Shown one piece after another: positions 1 through 10,572 of a DNA stretch of 64,000 bases (positions are counted from its first letter, which is position 1; every line of letters starts with the position of its first letter). The position numbers were made by a program, and so were the translations under genes. Below the pieces are notes generated by a model. That model saw only the letters and a list, made by a program, of their open reading frames with translations, made no database searches and had not been told where the DNA came from. Source of the stretch: Opitutia bacterium (GTDB taxonomy: Bacteria; Verrucomicrobiota; Verrucomicrobiia; Opitutales; T3Sed10-336); assembly GCA_050506795.1 (NCBI GenBank), contig JBJHCF010000005.1, positions 90,139 through 154,138 on the forward strand, written 5' to 3'.

Positions 1-948
1 GGGGAGGAGAAGGGGAGCGGTCGTTGGTCGTTGGACCATTTGTTCCTAGATCAAGAGGGCGTGCCGACGCTGGTGGAGGTGAAGCGTAGCACTGACACAC
101 GGATTCGCCGGGAGGTGGTCGGGCAGTTGCTCGATTACGCCGCCAACGGCGTCAAATACTGGCCGGTGGAATCGCTCAGGGCATTCTTTGAGCAAACCTG
201 TGAGACGAATGGCACGGAGCCGGCGAGCGTCATTGCCGAGTTGACTGGAAACGATGATGAGGAGGAGTTTTGGAGGAGCGTGAAGACGAATCTTCAGGCT
301 GGACGAATCCGCATGATTTTCGTCGCTGATGAAATCCCTGATGAGTTGCGCCGTGTGATCGAGTTTCTCAACGAGCAAATGGACCCGGCGGAAGTGCTCG
401 GGGTTGAAATCAAACAGTTCGCGAACGACACGATTAAAACGCTCGTTCCCCGGCTGATCGGATTAACCGCCAATGCGGAGGACCGGAAAACGAGTGGGGG
501 CGGCCGGTCCAGACGGAAATGGGACGAAGACTCGTTTATCGCCTTTCTTGAAGAGATGGGTGCCGAGGCGGCGGTTCCCACAACAAAGGCGATTCTGGAG
601 TGGGCGGCTGAGAGAGGGCTTCGAATCGCCTGGGGGAGCGGCCCCTCAAATGGATCCTTCTTCGTGATGTTCGACCGGAAGGGATTTAACTACTACACCT
701 TTGCCGTTTTCACCGGCTACCGGAACCCCTACGTGCAGTTTCAGTTTCAGATGCAAGGTAATCAGGTGTCACACGAGCAGCTTCTCGCATTGGTCGACCG
801 GCTGAACCGAATTCCCGGAGTGACGATCACCGAGTCCGATCTCAACAAATACCCCTCCACCCATCTGAGCCATCTTGGCGACGAAGAGAATAGGAAGCAC
901 TTCCTGGAAGCGTGGGAGTGGTATGTCTCCGAGATTGAGCGAGAGTGA
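1..948 (+). CDS. PD-(D/E)xK nuclease-like (NucS/DUF91-type) protein, 5' truncated by window edge
   Basis: Frame open from base 1 (..GRWSLDHLFLDQEGVPTLVEVKR..GQLLDYA) gives D-x(n)-ExK and Q-x3-Y motifs; C-terminal domain unknown. Confidence 0.55.
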   Translation, partial: GEEKGSGRWSLDHLFLDQEGVPTLVEVKRSTDTRIRREVVGQLLDYAANGVKYWPVESLRAFFEQTCETNGTEPASVIAELTGNDDEEEFWRSVKTNLQAGRIRMIFVADEIPDELRRVIEFLNEQMDPAEVLGVEIKQFANDTIKTLVPRLIGLTANAEDRKTSGGGRSRRKWDEDSFIAFLEEMGAEAAVPTTKAILEWAAERGLRIAWGSGPSNGSFFVMFDRKGFNYYTFAVFTGYRNPYVQFQFQMQGNQVSHEQLLALVDRLNRIPGVTITESDLNKYPSTHLSHLGDEENRKHFLEAWEWYVSEIERE

Positions 949-1059
949 AAACAAGGGCGATTTGGGGTCTTTGTTACCGGCTTGCTTGGCACACAAGTGG
1001 CCATGTTCGTGGGCTGTTTCGGCGGCGTCTTTCACTCGGCCAAGTGGTGACCGGTAAAA

Positions 1060-1539
1060 TTACTTTTCCTGAAGCAAACACACCGCGTAGGCGGCGACGG
1101 CTTCGCGGCGGCCGGTGGCGTCGACTCCTTCGTTGGTGGTGGCTTTGACTCCCACCTGCTGTGGGGTGATTCCCATGGATTCCGCCAGGCGGGCGATCAT
1201 CCGGTCGCGGAATTGGCCAATGCGGGGGGCTTCCGCCACGATGGTGGAGTCCACGTTGACGATGGAGAATCCTTCCTCGGCGATCAATTTGGTCACGCGG
1301 CGCAGCAGATCCTGCGAGTCGATATCGCGAAAGGCCTCGTCGCTTGGGGGAAAATAATGGCCGATGTCGGGCAGGCCGGCCGCACCGAGCAGGGCGTCGC
1401 AAATGGCGTGCGTCAGGCAGTCCGCATCCGAGTGTCCGAGCAATCCCCGGTCGTGCGGGATTTCGACTCCGCCGAGGACGAATCGCCGGCCTTCAGCCAG
1501 GACGTGCAGATCGTAGCCATGTCCAACGCGCAGATTCAT
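1060..1539 (-). CDS. ispF: 2-C-methyl-D-erythritol 2,4-cyclodiphosphate synthase
   Basis: MNLRVGHGYDLH, GHSDAD, DIGHYFP, VKATT motifs; start placed at ATG 1539. Confidence 0.97.
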   Translation of the reverse strand: MNLRVGHGYDLHVLAEGRRFVLGGVEIPHDRGLLGHSDADCLTHAICDALLGAAGLPDIGHYFPPSDEAFRDIDSQDLLRRVTKLIAEEGFSIVNVDSTIVAEAPRIGQFRDRMIARLAESMGITPQQVGVKATTNEGVDATGRREAVAAYAVCLLQEK

Positions 1540-1650
1540 AAAGGCCGCATCATGAGCGGTCCCCGGGATGGCGGCAAGCACTCGCTGTCAATATTGCCGG
1601 CCCGGTTCGAGTTAATAATTTGCCAGGCAAAATAGTGTTGACACTAGGAG

Positions 1651-1871
1651 TTAGGGCGAACCGCACTCGGTTAAGGCGGTTTATCGATTGATTAAACCTA
1701 ATCGAGACGGGATCACGCTTCCCTTTCCTGGAGGGCGGCGCTCCCGCGCCGCCGGTGTGCGGGCAAGATGCCCGCGCGGCCATGCGGGAGCATGTCCCTC
1801 CAGGGGAAGAGCCGATGCGATTCGGCTAAGCTTCTTCGATCAACTCCTTAACCGAGCTCCATTCGGGTTAG
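1651..1871. mobile_element. Palindromic MITE/REPIN-like element, copy A
   Basis: Imperfect inverted ends CTCGGTTAAGG (1666) / CCTTAACCGAG (ends 1856); central GCGGGC-AAGAT-GCCCGC hairpin; TTAG at both ends; 31-bp exact match to 63909-63939. Confidence 0.75.
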
Positions 1872-1904
1872 GGCGTGGGTCGCGGCGGCGGACAAATGGG
1901 CTTA

Positions 1905-2642
1905 TCATCCTGGCGTTTCCAGCAGGAAGCGCAGGTAGGGAAGGTCGCGGGGGGTGGTGAGTTTGGGGTTGGGGTGGCGGTTTTCGAGCAGAGATATGGG
2001 GTGGCCGAGTGCGGTTACGGCGGCCAGGTCATCGGTGAGCGGCAGGTTTTTTTCCCGAGCTTGCTGGTAGGCATGGTTGATGAGGTCGCGTTGGAAAACC
2101 TGAGGGGTTTCCGTCGCCCAAAGCCGGTCGCGCTCGAGGTCCACGGGATGGAGGTGTTCGGGCTGTTTGACGGGTGTCTCGACTTGTTTGATGGTGTCGG
2201 TGACCCGGCGAGCGAGCCCGACGGCCCCGTCGCGCAGGGCCAGGCGAGTGAGTTTTTCCAGATTATCCCGGTAGACCAATGGCCGCGCCAGGTCGTGGAT
2301 AAACACCAGACGGGCCTTGCCGGGAACGGCCCGGAGTCCGTGCGCTACGGAATCGCGGCGGGTCTCGCCGCCAACGGCCCAGCGCAGGCGTCCGGTATCC
2401 TGGGTAAGGTCTTCGGGCAACGCTTCTTCGATCCTGGTTTTCTGGGCCTGGTCACGGTGGACCAAAACAATCCATCGTACCGGGAGGTATCGGGCGAATA
2501 CGTCGAGGGCGTAGCGAAATAGCGGGAGGCCGTGAATCGGTTCCAGGACCTTGTCGGAAAAGCTGTTTCCCATCCTGAGCCCCCGGCCTCCGGCGAGCAG
2601 GATGACCGCATCCCGGGCCGGCTCGATGGAAGGCGTCGTCAA
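1905..2642 (-). CDS. ispD: 2-C-methyl-D-erythritol 4-phosphate cytidylyltransferase
   Basis: LLAGGRGLRMG, GGETRRDSV, IHDLARP, ETPQVF, TDD, NPKLTT. Confidence 0.93.
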   Translation of the reverse strand: MTTPSIEPARDAVILLAGGRGLRMGNSFSDKVLEPIHGLPLFRYALDVFARYLPVRWIVLVHRDQAQKTRIEEALPEDLTQDTGRLRWAVGGETRRDSVAHGLRAVPGKARLVFIHDLARPLVYRDNLEKLTRLALRDGAVGLARRVTDTIKQVETPVKQPEHLHPVDLERDRLWATETPQVFQRDLINHAYQQAREKNLPLTDDLAAVTALGHPISLLENRHPNPKLTTPRDLPYLRFLLETPG

Positions 2643-3328
2643 CTGAGTTCCTCCTGGATGGCGGCCAGAACCTCAGCCGGGCGAGAGGCCCGCAAAAGGG
2701 GGCGGCCGACGACGATATAGTTTGCTCCCGCCCGACCGGCGTCCGCCGGAGAGGTGACTCGTTTCTGTTCGTCGGTTTCCGTCCCGCCGGGGCGAACGCC
2801 CGGAGTGACCAGAAGGGCTTCGTTGCCCAATTCCTGGCGAAGCATGGCCGTTTCCAGCGGTGAGCAGACGAATCCCTTGATGCCGTTTTCCGCGGCCATA
2901 CGGGCGAGCCGGCGAACCTGTTCCCGCGGCGTACGGTCGAAGCCGATGGCGCGCATTTCGTGGTCGTCGAGCGAAGTCAGGACGGTTACCGCCAGCAGAC
3001 GAAGGCCCGAAGTCTGTTCGCGACAGGCCTGTTCCGCCTGCCGTAGCATTTCGGGCCCGCCCGAAGCATGCACGGTCAGAAGCTGGATGGGGAGGTTGCC
3101 CAGCGATTGAATCGCCCTGGCCACGGTGTTGGGAATGTCGTGCAGTTTGAGATCGAGAAAAACCGAGTAACCTTTGGCGGCCACCTCTTCCACCAGGGCG
3201 GGACCGTAGCGGGTGAAAAGCTGGAGGCCGATCTTGACCCACTTCAGATCCGGTCCGATACGGTCCAGAACGGAAAATGCTTCATCGCGGGAAGGGACAT
3301 CAAGGGCCAGTATGACTTCAGTTTTCAT
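2639..3328 (-). CDS. pyrF: Orotidine-5'-phosphate decarboxylase
   Basis: LALD, FLDLKLHDIPNT, VTPGVRP, IVVGRP. Confidence 0.97.
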   Translation of the reverse strand: MKTEVILALDVPSRDEAFSVLDRIGPDLKWVKIGLQLFTRYGPALVEEVAAKGYSVFLDLKLHDIPNTVARAIQSLGNLPIQLLTVHASGGPEMLRQAEQACREQTSGLRLLAVTVLTSLDDHEMRAIGFDRTPREQVRRLARMAAENGIKGFVCSPLETAMLRQELGNEALLVTPGVRPGGTETDEQKRVTSPADAGRAGANYIVVGRPLLRASRPAEVLAAIQEELS

Positions 3329-3660
3329 TGTCTCAGGTGTTGGGCTCGGTTGCGCGGTAAATGGTTCAAGCCATTATCCCATTCATATTCGGAGGCAGGT
3401 CAAGTGTGCGGGTCCGGGGAAGCGACCCGGTCCGGGGTCGAATTAATCCGGTCGCGAGATGTGTCGAAGCCGTGGCCCCGGAGGCGCGGTTCACGGCTTT
3501 GATCCGCGTTTCTCAGTGAGGAATCTCAAATTTGAAATTCTAGATCTGAAATGCTTTTTCATACGGCCTTCAGAGGCCCAGTGAAAAAGCCGCGGGCGGG
3601 GATTGGATTTTGATGAGTTTGGTGGACTTGTCCGGTGCAAGGTTCTAAAAGAAGCGCGTT

Positions 3661-5205
3661 ATGGAAAAATACGCACTTCTCTCCGTCAGCGACAAACGCG
3701 GCCTGGTGGAATTCGCTTCCGCTTTGGTGGAAACGTTTGGCTACCGGCTGCTCTCCACCGGAGGAACCGCCCGTTTGCTGCGGGAAAAGGGCTTGCCGGT
3801 GCAGGAGGTGAGCGAGCATACCGGCGCCCCCGAGATCATGGACGGGCGGGTGAAAACCTTGCATCCCAAGATTCACGGGGGCCTTTTGTGTCGGCGGAGC
3901 GACGAGCGTCACCGCAAAGAGGCGGAGGAAAACGGTATTTCCATGATCGACCTGGTGGTGGTGAACCTTTACCCGTTCGAGGAAACGGTGGCCCGGTCGG
4001 GCGTCACCTGGGACGAGGCCATCGAGAACATCGACATCGGAGGCCCGTCCATGCTGCGCAGCGCGGCGAAGAACCATGAAAGCGTGATGGTGCTCTGCGA
4101 TCCCGAAGACTACCCGCGGGCTTTGGCGGCGTTCGAAGGGGGCGAGGATCTGGGCGCCTTGCGGCGGGATCTGGCCCGCAAGGTTTTTGAGCGAACGGCT
4201 TCCTATGACCGGGCGATCGCCGAGTATTTTTCCAGGGAGAACGGCACCCCGGATCTGGGCGAGGTGGCCGGCTTTCCGTCGCGATTGGAACTGGCTCTTC
4301 CCAAAGCGGCCGACCTGCGCTATGGCGAAAACCCGCATCAAAAGGCCGCCCTTTACGGCCGGTTTTTCGAGCATTTCGAGCAGCTTCAGGGCAAGGAGCT
4401 CAGCTATAACAACATCATCGATATCACGGCCGCGGTTCACCTTATCGGGGAGTTCCAGCCTCCGACCGTGGCGATTCTCAAGCACACCAATCCCTGCGGC
4501 GTAGCCAGCGCCGGATCGTTGGCCGAAGCCTGGGATCAGGCTTACGCGACCGACCGGCAGGCGCCGTTCGGCGGGATTATCGCGGTAAACCAGACCGTCG
4601 ACGCCGCCCTGGCGGAAAAAATCAGCGAGATATTCTCGGAGGTGATCATCGCCCCGGGCTTTTCACCCGAGGCGAGGGAACGCTTCGGTAAAAAGAAGAA
4701 CCTGCGCCTGATGGTGGCTCGCGGCGGGATTGGCGGCGAGGCTTTGTTCGAGATACGCAGCGTGATCGGCGGTGTATTGATGCAGGATGCCGACCTGCAG
4801 CCGATGGGAGGGGATTTCCAGGTGGTGACCCGGCGTCAGCCGACGGAAGAAGAGTGGAAGGCGCTGCATTTTGGCTGGAAGGTAGTCAAACACGTTAAAT
4901 CCAACGCCATCGTGTACGCCGCGGCGGAACGCACCCTGGGGGTGGGCGCCGGGCAGATGTCGCGGGTGGACAGTTCCAAGATCGCGGTTTGGAAGGCGGG
5001 GGAAGCCGGGTTGTCCCTGGATGGGTCGGTGGTGGCCTCCGACGCCTTTTTCCCATTCCCGGACGGCTTGATCGCGGCCGCCGAGGCCGGTTCCACCGCG
5101 GCCATTCAGCCCGGCGGGTCCAAGCGTGACAACGAAGTCATCGCGGCGGCGGACGAAAGAGGGGTGGCGATGGTGTTCACGGGGAAACGGCATTTCCGTC
5201 ATTGA
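3661..5205 (+). CDS. purH: Bifunctional AICAR transformylase/IMP cyclohydrolase
   Basis: [41 protein letters not shown]-terminal RHFRH. Confidence 0.98.
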   Translation: MEKYALLSVSDKRGLVEFASALVETFGYRLLSTGGTARLLREKGLPVQEVSEHTGAPEIMDGRVKTLHPKIHGGLLCRRSDERHRKEAEENGISMIDLVVVNLYPFEETVARSGVTWDEAIENIDIGGPSMLRSAAKNHESVMVLCDPEDYPRALAAFEGGEDLGALRRDLARKVFERTASYDRAIAEYFSRENGTPDLGEVAGFPSRLELALPKAADLRYGENPHQKAALYGRFFEHFEQLQGKELSYNNIIDITAAVHLIGEFQPPTVAILKHTNPCGVASAGSLAEAWDQAYATDRQAPFGGIIAVNQTVDAALAEKISEIFSEVIIAPGFSPEARERFGKKKNLRLMVARGGIGGEALFEIRSVIGGVLMQDADLQPMGGDFQVVTRRQPTEEEWKALHFGWKVVKHVKSNAIVYAAAERTLGVGAGQMSRVDSSKIAVWKAGEAGLSLDGSVVASDAFFPFPDGLIAAAEAGSTAAIQPGGSKRDNEVIAAADERGVAMVFTGKRHFRH

Positions 5206-5225
5206 GCCCGGCAATCGCAGCCGGG

Positions 5226-5705
5226 TCAGTAGTCGACCCGCTGCGGATTGTTGATCCAGGCATGGAAGGCTCGCAGGCCCGACTCGCGACTGAGTTCGCT
5301 CCAGGCGATGTCGCGTTCGGGCCAGTCGAGTTTGATTTCCCGAAGGATCTTTGAGTCGTCGAATCCCGCCTGTGAGGCATCCTCGGCGCGACAGGCAAAA
5401 ACGACTCGATCCAAACGCGCCCAGTAAATCGCGGCCAGGCACATGGGGCAGGGCTCACAGCTGCTGTAGAGTGTGCAGCCCGACAACAGGTGAGTATCGA
5501 GTGTCCGGCAGGCGTCGCGGATGGCGCTGATTTCCGCGTGGGCGCTGGGATCCCGGCCGGCGACCACTTGATTCCAGCCCTCGCTCACCACGGTTCCATC
5601 GCGCACGACGACCGCGCCAAAGGGACCGTGTACTCCGTCCGAGGAATGTTGAATCGCGAGGTTGATGGCGTGTTCGAGAAATCGTTGGTCAGGAGTTGAT
5701 GGCAT
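5226..5705 (-). CDS. Guanine/nucleoside deaminase (cytidine deaminase fold, GuaD-like)
   Basis: GPFGAVVV, DPSAHAE, SSCEPCPMCLAAIYWAR, GFDD. Confidence 0.9.
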   Translation of the reverse strand: MPSTPDQRFLEHAINLAIQHSSDGVHGPFGAVVVRDGTVVSEGWNQVVAGRDPSAHAEISAIRDACRTLDTHLLSGCTLYSSCEPCPMCLAAIYWARLDRVVFACRAEDASQAGFDDSKILREIKLDWPERDIAWSELSRESGLRAFHAWINNPQRVDY

Positions 5706-5747
5706 AGGACGGTGATCGATCAGCTGCGTTGCCTGTCGGGGCGCGGA

Positions 5748-7469
5748 TTACTCCGCGTGTTCTTCGTGGACGAGAGGGAGTTGCAGGCGTATCGAGGTTC
5801 CGGAGGCGTCGGACCGGAGGACTTCGATGCTGCCATGGTGGCTGTCGACGATACGTTTGACGATCGCCATTCCGAGGCCGGTGCCCTCATGGCGGCCAGT
5901 GAGAAAGGAGTCGAATATCCGTTCGCGGATTTCGTCGGGAATGCCGCACCCGGTATCAGTGATCGTCAGTTCCGCCCAGGCGACTGCTTGACGGGTGACG
6001 GAAGTCAACTCAACGTGCAGATCGCCGCCCTGCGGCATAGCCTGTACCGCGTTGAAGATCAAATTGAGCACCACCTGCTCGAGTTGTCCGGGACTACCGT
6101 CCACCGCCAGCGGTTGCTCGGGCTCCTGGTAGCTGAGTCGCACCCGGCATTGCTCCAGTTTGAGGCGCATCAGGAGCATTGTGTTTTGCACGATCTGACG
6201 CAGAGAACACCGCGTGTGGACATCGTCCGATGTTTTGGCGAAATTGAGCACCCGGCCGACGATCGATTCCAGATGGTCCAGCTTTTCCTCGATGATGGCG
6301 TGATCGCGGCTGCGGGGGTCATCGGATGGAAACTCCAGGTCCAGGGACTGGAAAAGCAGTTTGATGACGGTGAGCGGATTGCGGATTTCGTGCGCTACTT
6401 CGGACGCCAGCAGACCGAGTGCATTCAGCCGCTCATTGAGACGAAGCTGTTCCTCGCTTTCGAACACCCGTTTGTACAGGCGCGCGTTCTGGATGGCGAC
6501 GGCTCCCAGGCTGGCCAGGGTGGAGAAAAGGCGCTTTTCCTCGTTGTTGAAGCGATGCAGGTGATCGGTATAGGCGTTGAGGACCCCGATGACTTCACCT
6601 TCGAACACCATGGGGGAGGCGAGCAGGGAGACCAGTCCCTCGTTTTGTATGGCTTCCAGAACCCCCAGGTTTTCCTCCGTTTTCACCAGTTCAAGGACTT
6701 CAATTTGTCTTGTCCGGCGCAAAGCGACGCCAACACTGCTTTCGTTAACCGGCAACGGCGGCAGTTGCCGGAAGGCGCCGGAGTCTCCATCCACCGAATA
6801 CAAAGTCATGGTCTCCGCTTCGGGATTGGCCAGGAAAACGGCGCAAAGGCGACAACCGATGATTTTTCGGGCTTCGACCGTGATGCTGTCGATAATCTCC
6901 TGAAGTTCCAGCTTGGAGACCAGCCGGCTGCCGATATTCAGGACCGATTCGAGCTGCGAGGCTTTGGTCTGGAGTTGTTGGATGAGCCACAGATTACGGG
7001 CCACTTTGCTGGCTTCGGAGGTCAGCAGGACGAGGAGCTTGAGGTCTTCTTCGCTGAAGGCCGCGGGCGAATCGCTGTCAATATTCACCACCCCGATCAC
7101 CTGCCCGCGGTCCTCCATGGGGGCGGCCATTTCGGACCTCACCAAATCCCGTACCCGGAAATAGCGCGCTTCGGTCAGCACGTCGTTGACCAAAAGCGGT
7201 TTGCCGTGCAGGGCAACCCAACCGGTGATGCCCTGTCCGGGTTTGAGTTCGATTTGGGTCGCATCGAGCGGCAGGCCGTGAGCGACTTCGATCTCCAGTC
7301 GACCGTTGTCGGGATTGATCAGGGCGATCGAGCCGCTCCCGGCGTTGAAGGTTGCCACGATTTCGCCCAGGATTACTTGCAGCGCCTCCTTGGGTTTCCC
7401 GGTCTTACCGGCCAGACTGCTGATGCGATAAAGGGCGTCGACGGGAGAAGCGCGCGTGGTCTGGTCCAT
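5748..7469 (-). CDS. Cytoplasmic GAF-GAF sensor histidine kinase
   Basis: Two GAF repeats (GQGITGWVA..SEMAAPM; SLLASPM..GVL), H-box AHEIRNPL, NLIFNA, DTGCG, GTGLG; no TM segment. Confidence 0.92.
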   Translation of the reverse strand: MDQTTRASPVDALYRISSLAGKTGKPKEALQVILGEIVATFNAGSGSIALINPDNGRLEIEVAHGLPLDATQIELKPGQGITGWVALHGKPLLVNDVLTEARYFRVRDLVRSEMAAPMEDRGQVIGVVNIDSDSPAAFSEEDLKLLVLLTSEASKVARNLWLIQQLQTKASQLESVLNIGSRLVSKLELQEIIDSITVEARKIIGCRLCAVFLANPEAETMTLYSVDGDSGAFRQLPPLPVNESSVGVALRRTRQIEVLELVKTEENLGVLEAIQNEGLVSLLASPMVFEGEVIGVLNAYTDHLHRFNNEEKRLFSTLASLGAVAIQNARLYKRVFESEEQLRLNERLNALGLLASEVAHEIRNPLTVIKLLFQSLDLEFPSDDPRSRDHAIIEEKLDHLESIVGRVLNFAKTSDDVHTRCSLRQIVQNTMLLMRLKLEQCRVRLSYQEPEQPLAVDGSPGQLEQVVLNLIFNAVQAMPQGGDLHVELTSVTRQAVAWAELTITDTGCGIPDEIRERIFDSFLTGRHEGTGLGMAIVKRIVDSHHGSIEVLRSDASGTSIRLQLPLVHEEHAE

Positions 7470-7542
7470 GTTGGGGGCGGTCGTGAGTTTTTGTTTGTCG
7501 GCGGCTCGCTTTGGCGAAGGAACGATTTGCCTTCAGCGAGAG

Positions 7543-10332
7543 CTATTCCCGGGTGATGGCCTCGCTCAGAGCTTCCTGAAGCTTCAGGAGATTGCTTTGA
7601 TCGTCTTCGTTGTCGGGGTCGATCTTTTCGATATAGAAGGTGTCGAGGGCCACGGAGCGTTCGGTGGCGATACGAGCGAATGTGATGTCGTAACCGTGCT
7701 CGAACAGGATGCGGGAGATCTCGTAGAGCAGGCCGATCGAGTCGTTGGCCTGGATTTCCACAATCGTCCTGCGCAGGGAAAGCTCGTTGTAAACCTGCAC
7801 GCTGGTGGGGATATTGGCGTGCAGACGGGTTTTCGGCTGGGGATAGAGCGGTTTTGCTTTTTTCTTTTTCTTGCGAATGTCGGACACGATTTTCGGCAGC
7901 ACGTCCTCGGGGGAGGTGAGTGCTTTTTCCAGCGTTTTCCGGAACGTTTCCCGGGCTTCCGCGCTCTGCACCATACCGCGGCCGGGTTCGACGACGTAAA
8001 AGGTGTCGATCGCGATGTGGTCCTTGCGAGTGATGGCTTTTGCCGTGAGAATGTTCAGTCCGGCCGCGATGAAGGCGCCGGCCATTTTGCAGAAAAGGCC
8101 GGCGCGATCCCAGGTCACCACATCGACCGCGGTGATGCTCCGGTCGATATCGTCCTGCCAGTCGATGATCGGGATCAGGGCGCTTTCGGGATCTTTGTTC
8201 TCCGCGATGTTGGCCAGGAGTTGGTGGATCATCTTGAGGTGGAGGACGATTTCATCACCGGTGGTATTGATGAAGTAACGATCAGGCAGGAGGTTGAAAT
8301 GGGCCTCAATCTCCTCTTTGTTCGCTTCGGGAAGCCTTTTGGCAATCAATTCCTCGGCAATCATGGCTTTGCGTTCAGTTTGTTTCTGATCGGCTTTCGC
8401 GCCCAAAAGCAGCCGCTCCTCGGTGATCTGATAAAGCTGCGTGTGGAGGGTGTCCTTGAAACTGTTCCACAAGTTTGAAGCCGTGCCGTGGGCATCGCAG
8501 TAGGTGTGGACGTAGAGGTAGCGGAGGTTCTCCACGCTCTCCACCTGTTCGGCGAAAGAAACGGCGGTGCGGGGATCCTCCACGTCGAATTTCTGCCAGA
8601 TACGGGTCATCATCAGGTGATGGCGAATAATGAAATCGATTAAATGGCATTGCTCGTTCTTGACCTCCATTCTTGTAAGAACATTCCATGCCATTTTGGC
8701 TCCGGTGACGTCGTGACCGGAAACTCCGGCCGATTTTCCGATATCGTGCAGAAAAAGGATCAGATAGAGTAGTTTCGGGTCGGAGGTCTGGCGAAGCACC
8801 TCCCGGTATTTGACCGTTTCCGGCTCCTCGCCTGTATAAATTCTGTCCAGTTCCCGGATGGTATTCAGCGTGTGAATATCGGCGGTGTAGCGGTGGTAGT
8901 ACTCGTGCTGCACGAGGCAGGTCAGCTTGCCGAATTCGGGAACGAAACGTCCCAGCACCCCGTGTTCGTGCATTTGCAGCAGCGTCGGATGCACCTGACC
9001 GGGCTGTTCGAGGATGGTGCGGAAGCTCAGGTTGGCGCGGGGGGAGAGGATGACGGTGTTATCGATCAGGTGGACGGATTCCTGGATCAGGCTGCTCAAC
9101 TCGAAGTCCATGCGGCAGTTGAGTTGCTGGCAGTGCCGGAAAACCCGGATCAGGCGTTCCGGGTCCTGGCGAAAGACGTTGTGTGTTTCGCAAGTGAGCT
9201 CATCCCCGCGCAGGAGGAAGCCGTCGAATTGTTTCTGCCGATCGAGTTTGCGGGCCCGGATGACCTCGCGGAAGGATACCCGATTTTGGGCGGCGTCGTC
9301 TTTGCGCAGGGCGAGGCGTTGTTCAAGGAGTTGGGAAATCCGGTAAATCGCCTGGGCGTGGGTGTAATAGTCACGCATGAAAACCTCCACCCGTTTGAAG
9401 ATGTCTTCCTGAGTGTAGCCGAGGTTCAGCGCGACCACCGGTTGGTTCTCCAAATCGAGCACGTCGGTCGGCCGGCGGCTGAGGAAATGAAGCTCGTTGC
9501 GGACGCGGGTGAGGAAATCGTAGGCCCGGACGAATTCCCTGTGTTCGCGACTGTTGAGGTAGTTGTGTTCGCACAGGTCACCCATGCGTTTGATATCCAG
9601 CTTGATGCGCGCCATCCACAGCGCGTTTTGATAGTCGCGCAGGCCGCCCACGCCGCTCTTGATGTGCGGCTCCTGGAGAAAAATGGTGCCCTGGAATCGC
9701 TCGCGCCGCTCCGCCTGGTCGCCCAGGCGGGCTTGCAGGTATTTTTGCGGATCCTCCTTTTGGTAGAAATTGCGGTAGGCGTGATCGAAGACGTTGAAAA
9801 GCTCCTCCGAACCGGCGACCAGGCGCGCTTCCAGCAGCGAGGTCTTGGTTTGGATGTTTTTCCGCGCCTCCTCCATCACTTCGTTGATGGTGCGCGAGGA
9901 ATGTCCGATTTTAAGGCCCAGATCCCACAGGGGATAAAGAATGCGATCCGAAAGGTATTCCTGAAAGGCTTTCAGGTCTTTGCTTCGGGTCTTCATCGGG
10001 AAGAGGAACATGATGTCGATGTCGCTCAACGGTGATAACTCACCCCGGCCGTAACCACCCAGCCCGAGCAGGCAAACCGGCGGATTGGGCCCTCCCTTTT
10101 CCCGGCTGAATTCCTCCGCGGCCTGGGCGAAGAGGTGTTGTAGCAGGACATCCACCACACAGGAGCGCGCCAGCGCGACCGTGAGCCCGGATTCGCCCGC
10201 CCTATGGCGCCGCAGGATCATCTCGTTTTCGAGCTGGAGGAACTGTTTGTAGACCGCGAGGCGTTCACTGCCGTCGAGGTCGCTGGCAAGATCGAGGCGG
10301 GAGGCGGCGTGTTTTTGAATTCGGTTGAGCAT
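7543..10332 (-). CDS. glnD: [Protein-PII] uridylyltransferase
   Basis: GGYGRGELSPLSDIDI, GGLRD, HRYTADIH, LHDIGK, two C-terminal ACT domains; ORF open to 10548, ATG 10332 preferred. Confidence 0.95.
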   Translation of the reverse strand: MLNRIQKHAASRLDLASDLDGSERLAVYKQFLQLENEMILRRHRAGESGLTVALARSCVVDVLLQHLFAQAAEEFSREKGGPNPPVCLLGLGGYGRGELSPLSDIDIMFLFPMKTRSKDLKAFQEYLSDRILYPLWDLGLKIGHSSRTINEVMEEARKNIQTKTSLLEARLVAGSEELFNVFDHAYRNFYQKEDPQKYLQARLGDQAERRERFQGTIFLQEPHIKSGVGGLRDYQNALWMARIKLDIKRMGDLCEHNYLNSREHREFVRAYDFLTRVRNELHFLSRRPTDVLDLENQPVVALNLGYTQEDIFKRVEVFMRDYYTHAQAIYRISQLLEQRLALRKDDAAQNRVSFREVIRARKLDRQKQFDGFLLRGDELTCETHNVFRQDPERLIRVFRHCQQLNCRMDFELSSLIQESVHLIDNTVILSPRANLSFRTILEQPGQVHPTLLQMHEHGVLGRFVPEFGKLTCLVQHEYYHRYTADIHTLNTIRELDRIYTGEEPETVKYREVLRQTSDPKLLYLILFLHDIGKSAGVSGHDVTGAKMAWNVLTRMEVKNEQCHLIDFIIRHHLMMTRIWQKFDVEDPRTAVSFAEQVESVENLRYLYVHTYCDAHGTASNLWNSFKDTLHTQLYQITEERLLLGAKADQKQTERKAMIAEELIAKRLPEANKEEIEAHFNLLPDRYFINTTGDEIVLHLKMIHQLLANIAENKDPESALIPIIDWQDDIDRSITAVDVVTWDRAGLFCKMAGAFIAAGLNILTAKAITRKDHIAIDTFYVVEPGRGMVQSAEARETFRKTLEKALTSPEDVLPKIVSDIRKKKKKAKPLYPQPKTRLHANIPTSVQVYNELSLRRTIVEIQANDSIGLLYEISRILFEHGYDITFARIATERSVALDTFYIEKIDPDNEDDQSNLLKLQEALSEAITRE

Positions 10333-10572
10333 CTCGGCGGCTTTATCGTCCGACCCCGGACTTAGCAGATTCCACGAAAGGTTCAAGACGGGAGCTTTGC
10401 TTTTCCCGCTTTGAATTTTGGTTTGATTCCGGGTCGATGCCCTGTCGGTGCTCTCTCGCCGGGGCGAAGAAGGGCCGGGTTTGACGAAACTTTGGTGCGA
10501 GCGCTTATCCTTCTTCATCCGGCGAAAGGGATTGAAATCGTCTGCCATTCGGCCTTACTCAAAGCTTTTTGC

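Noticed and set aside
3400..3510. ZMP/ZTP riboswitch upstream of purH (CCGGGGAAGCGACCC resembles part of the motif)
   Set aside because: The conserved GACUGGCG 5' segment and the 3' CGCCUGGGC hairpin are absent; an Rfam scan would settle it.
10333..10572. Extended N-termini of GlnD (from 10548) and ValS (from 10411) implying divergent overlap
   Set aside because: Extensions are low-complexity and precede the conserved regions; downstream ATGs leave a normal intergenic region.
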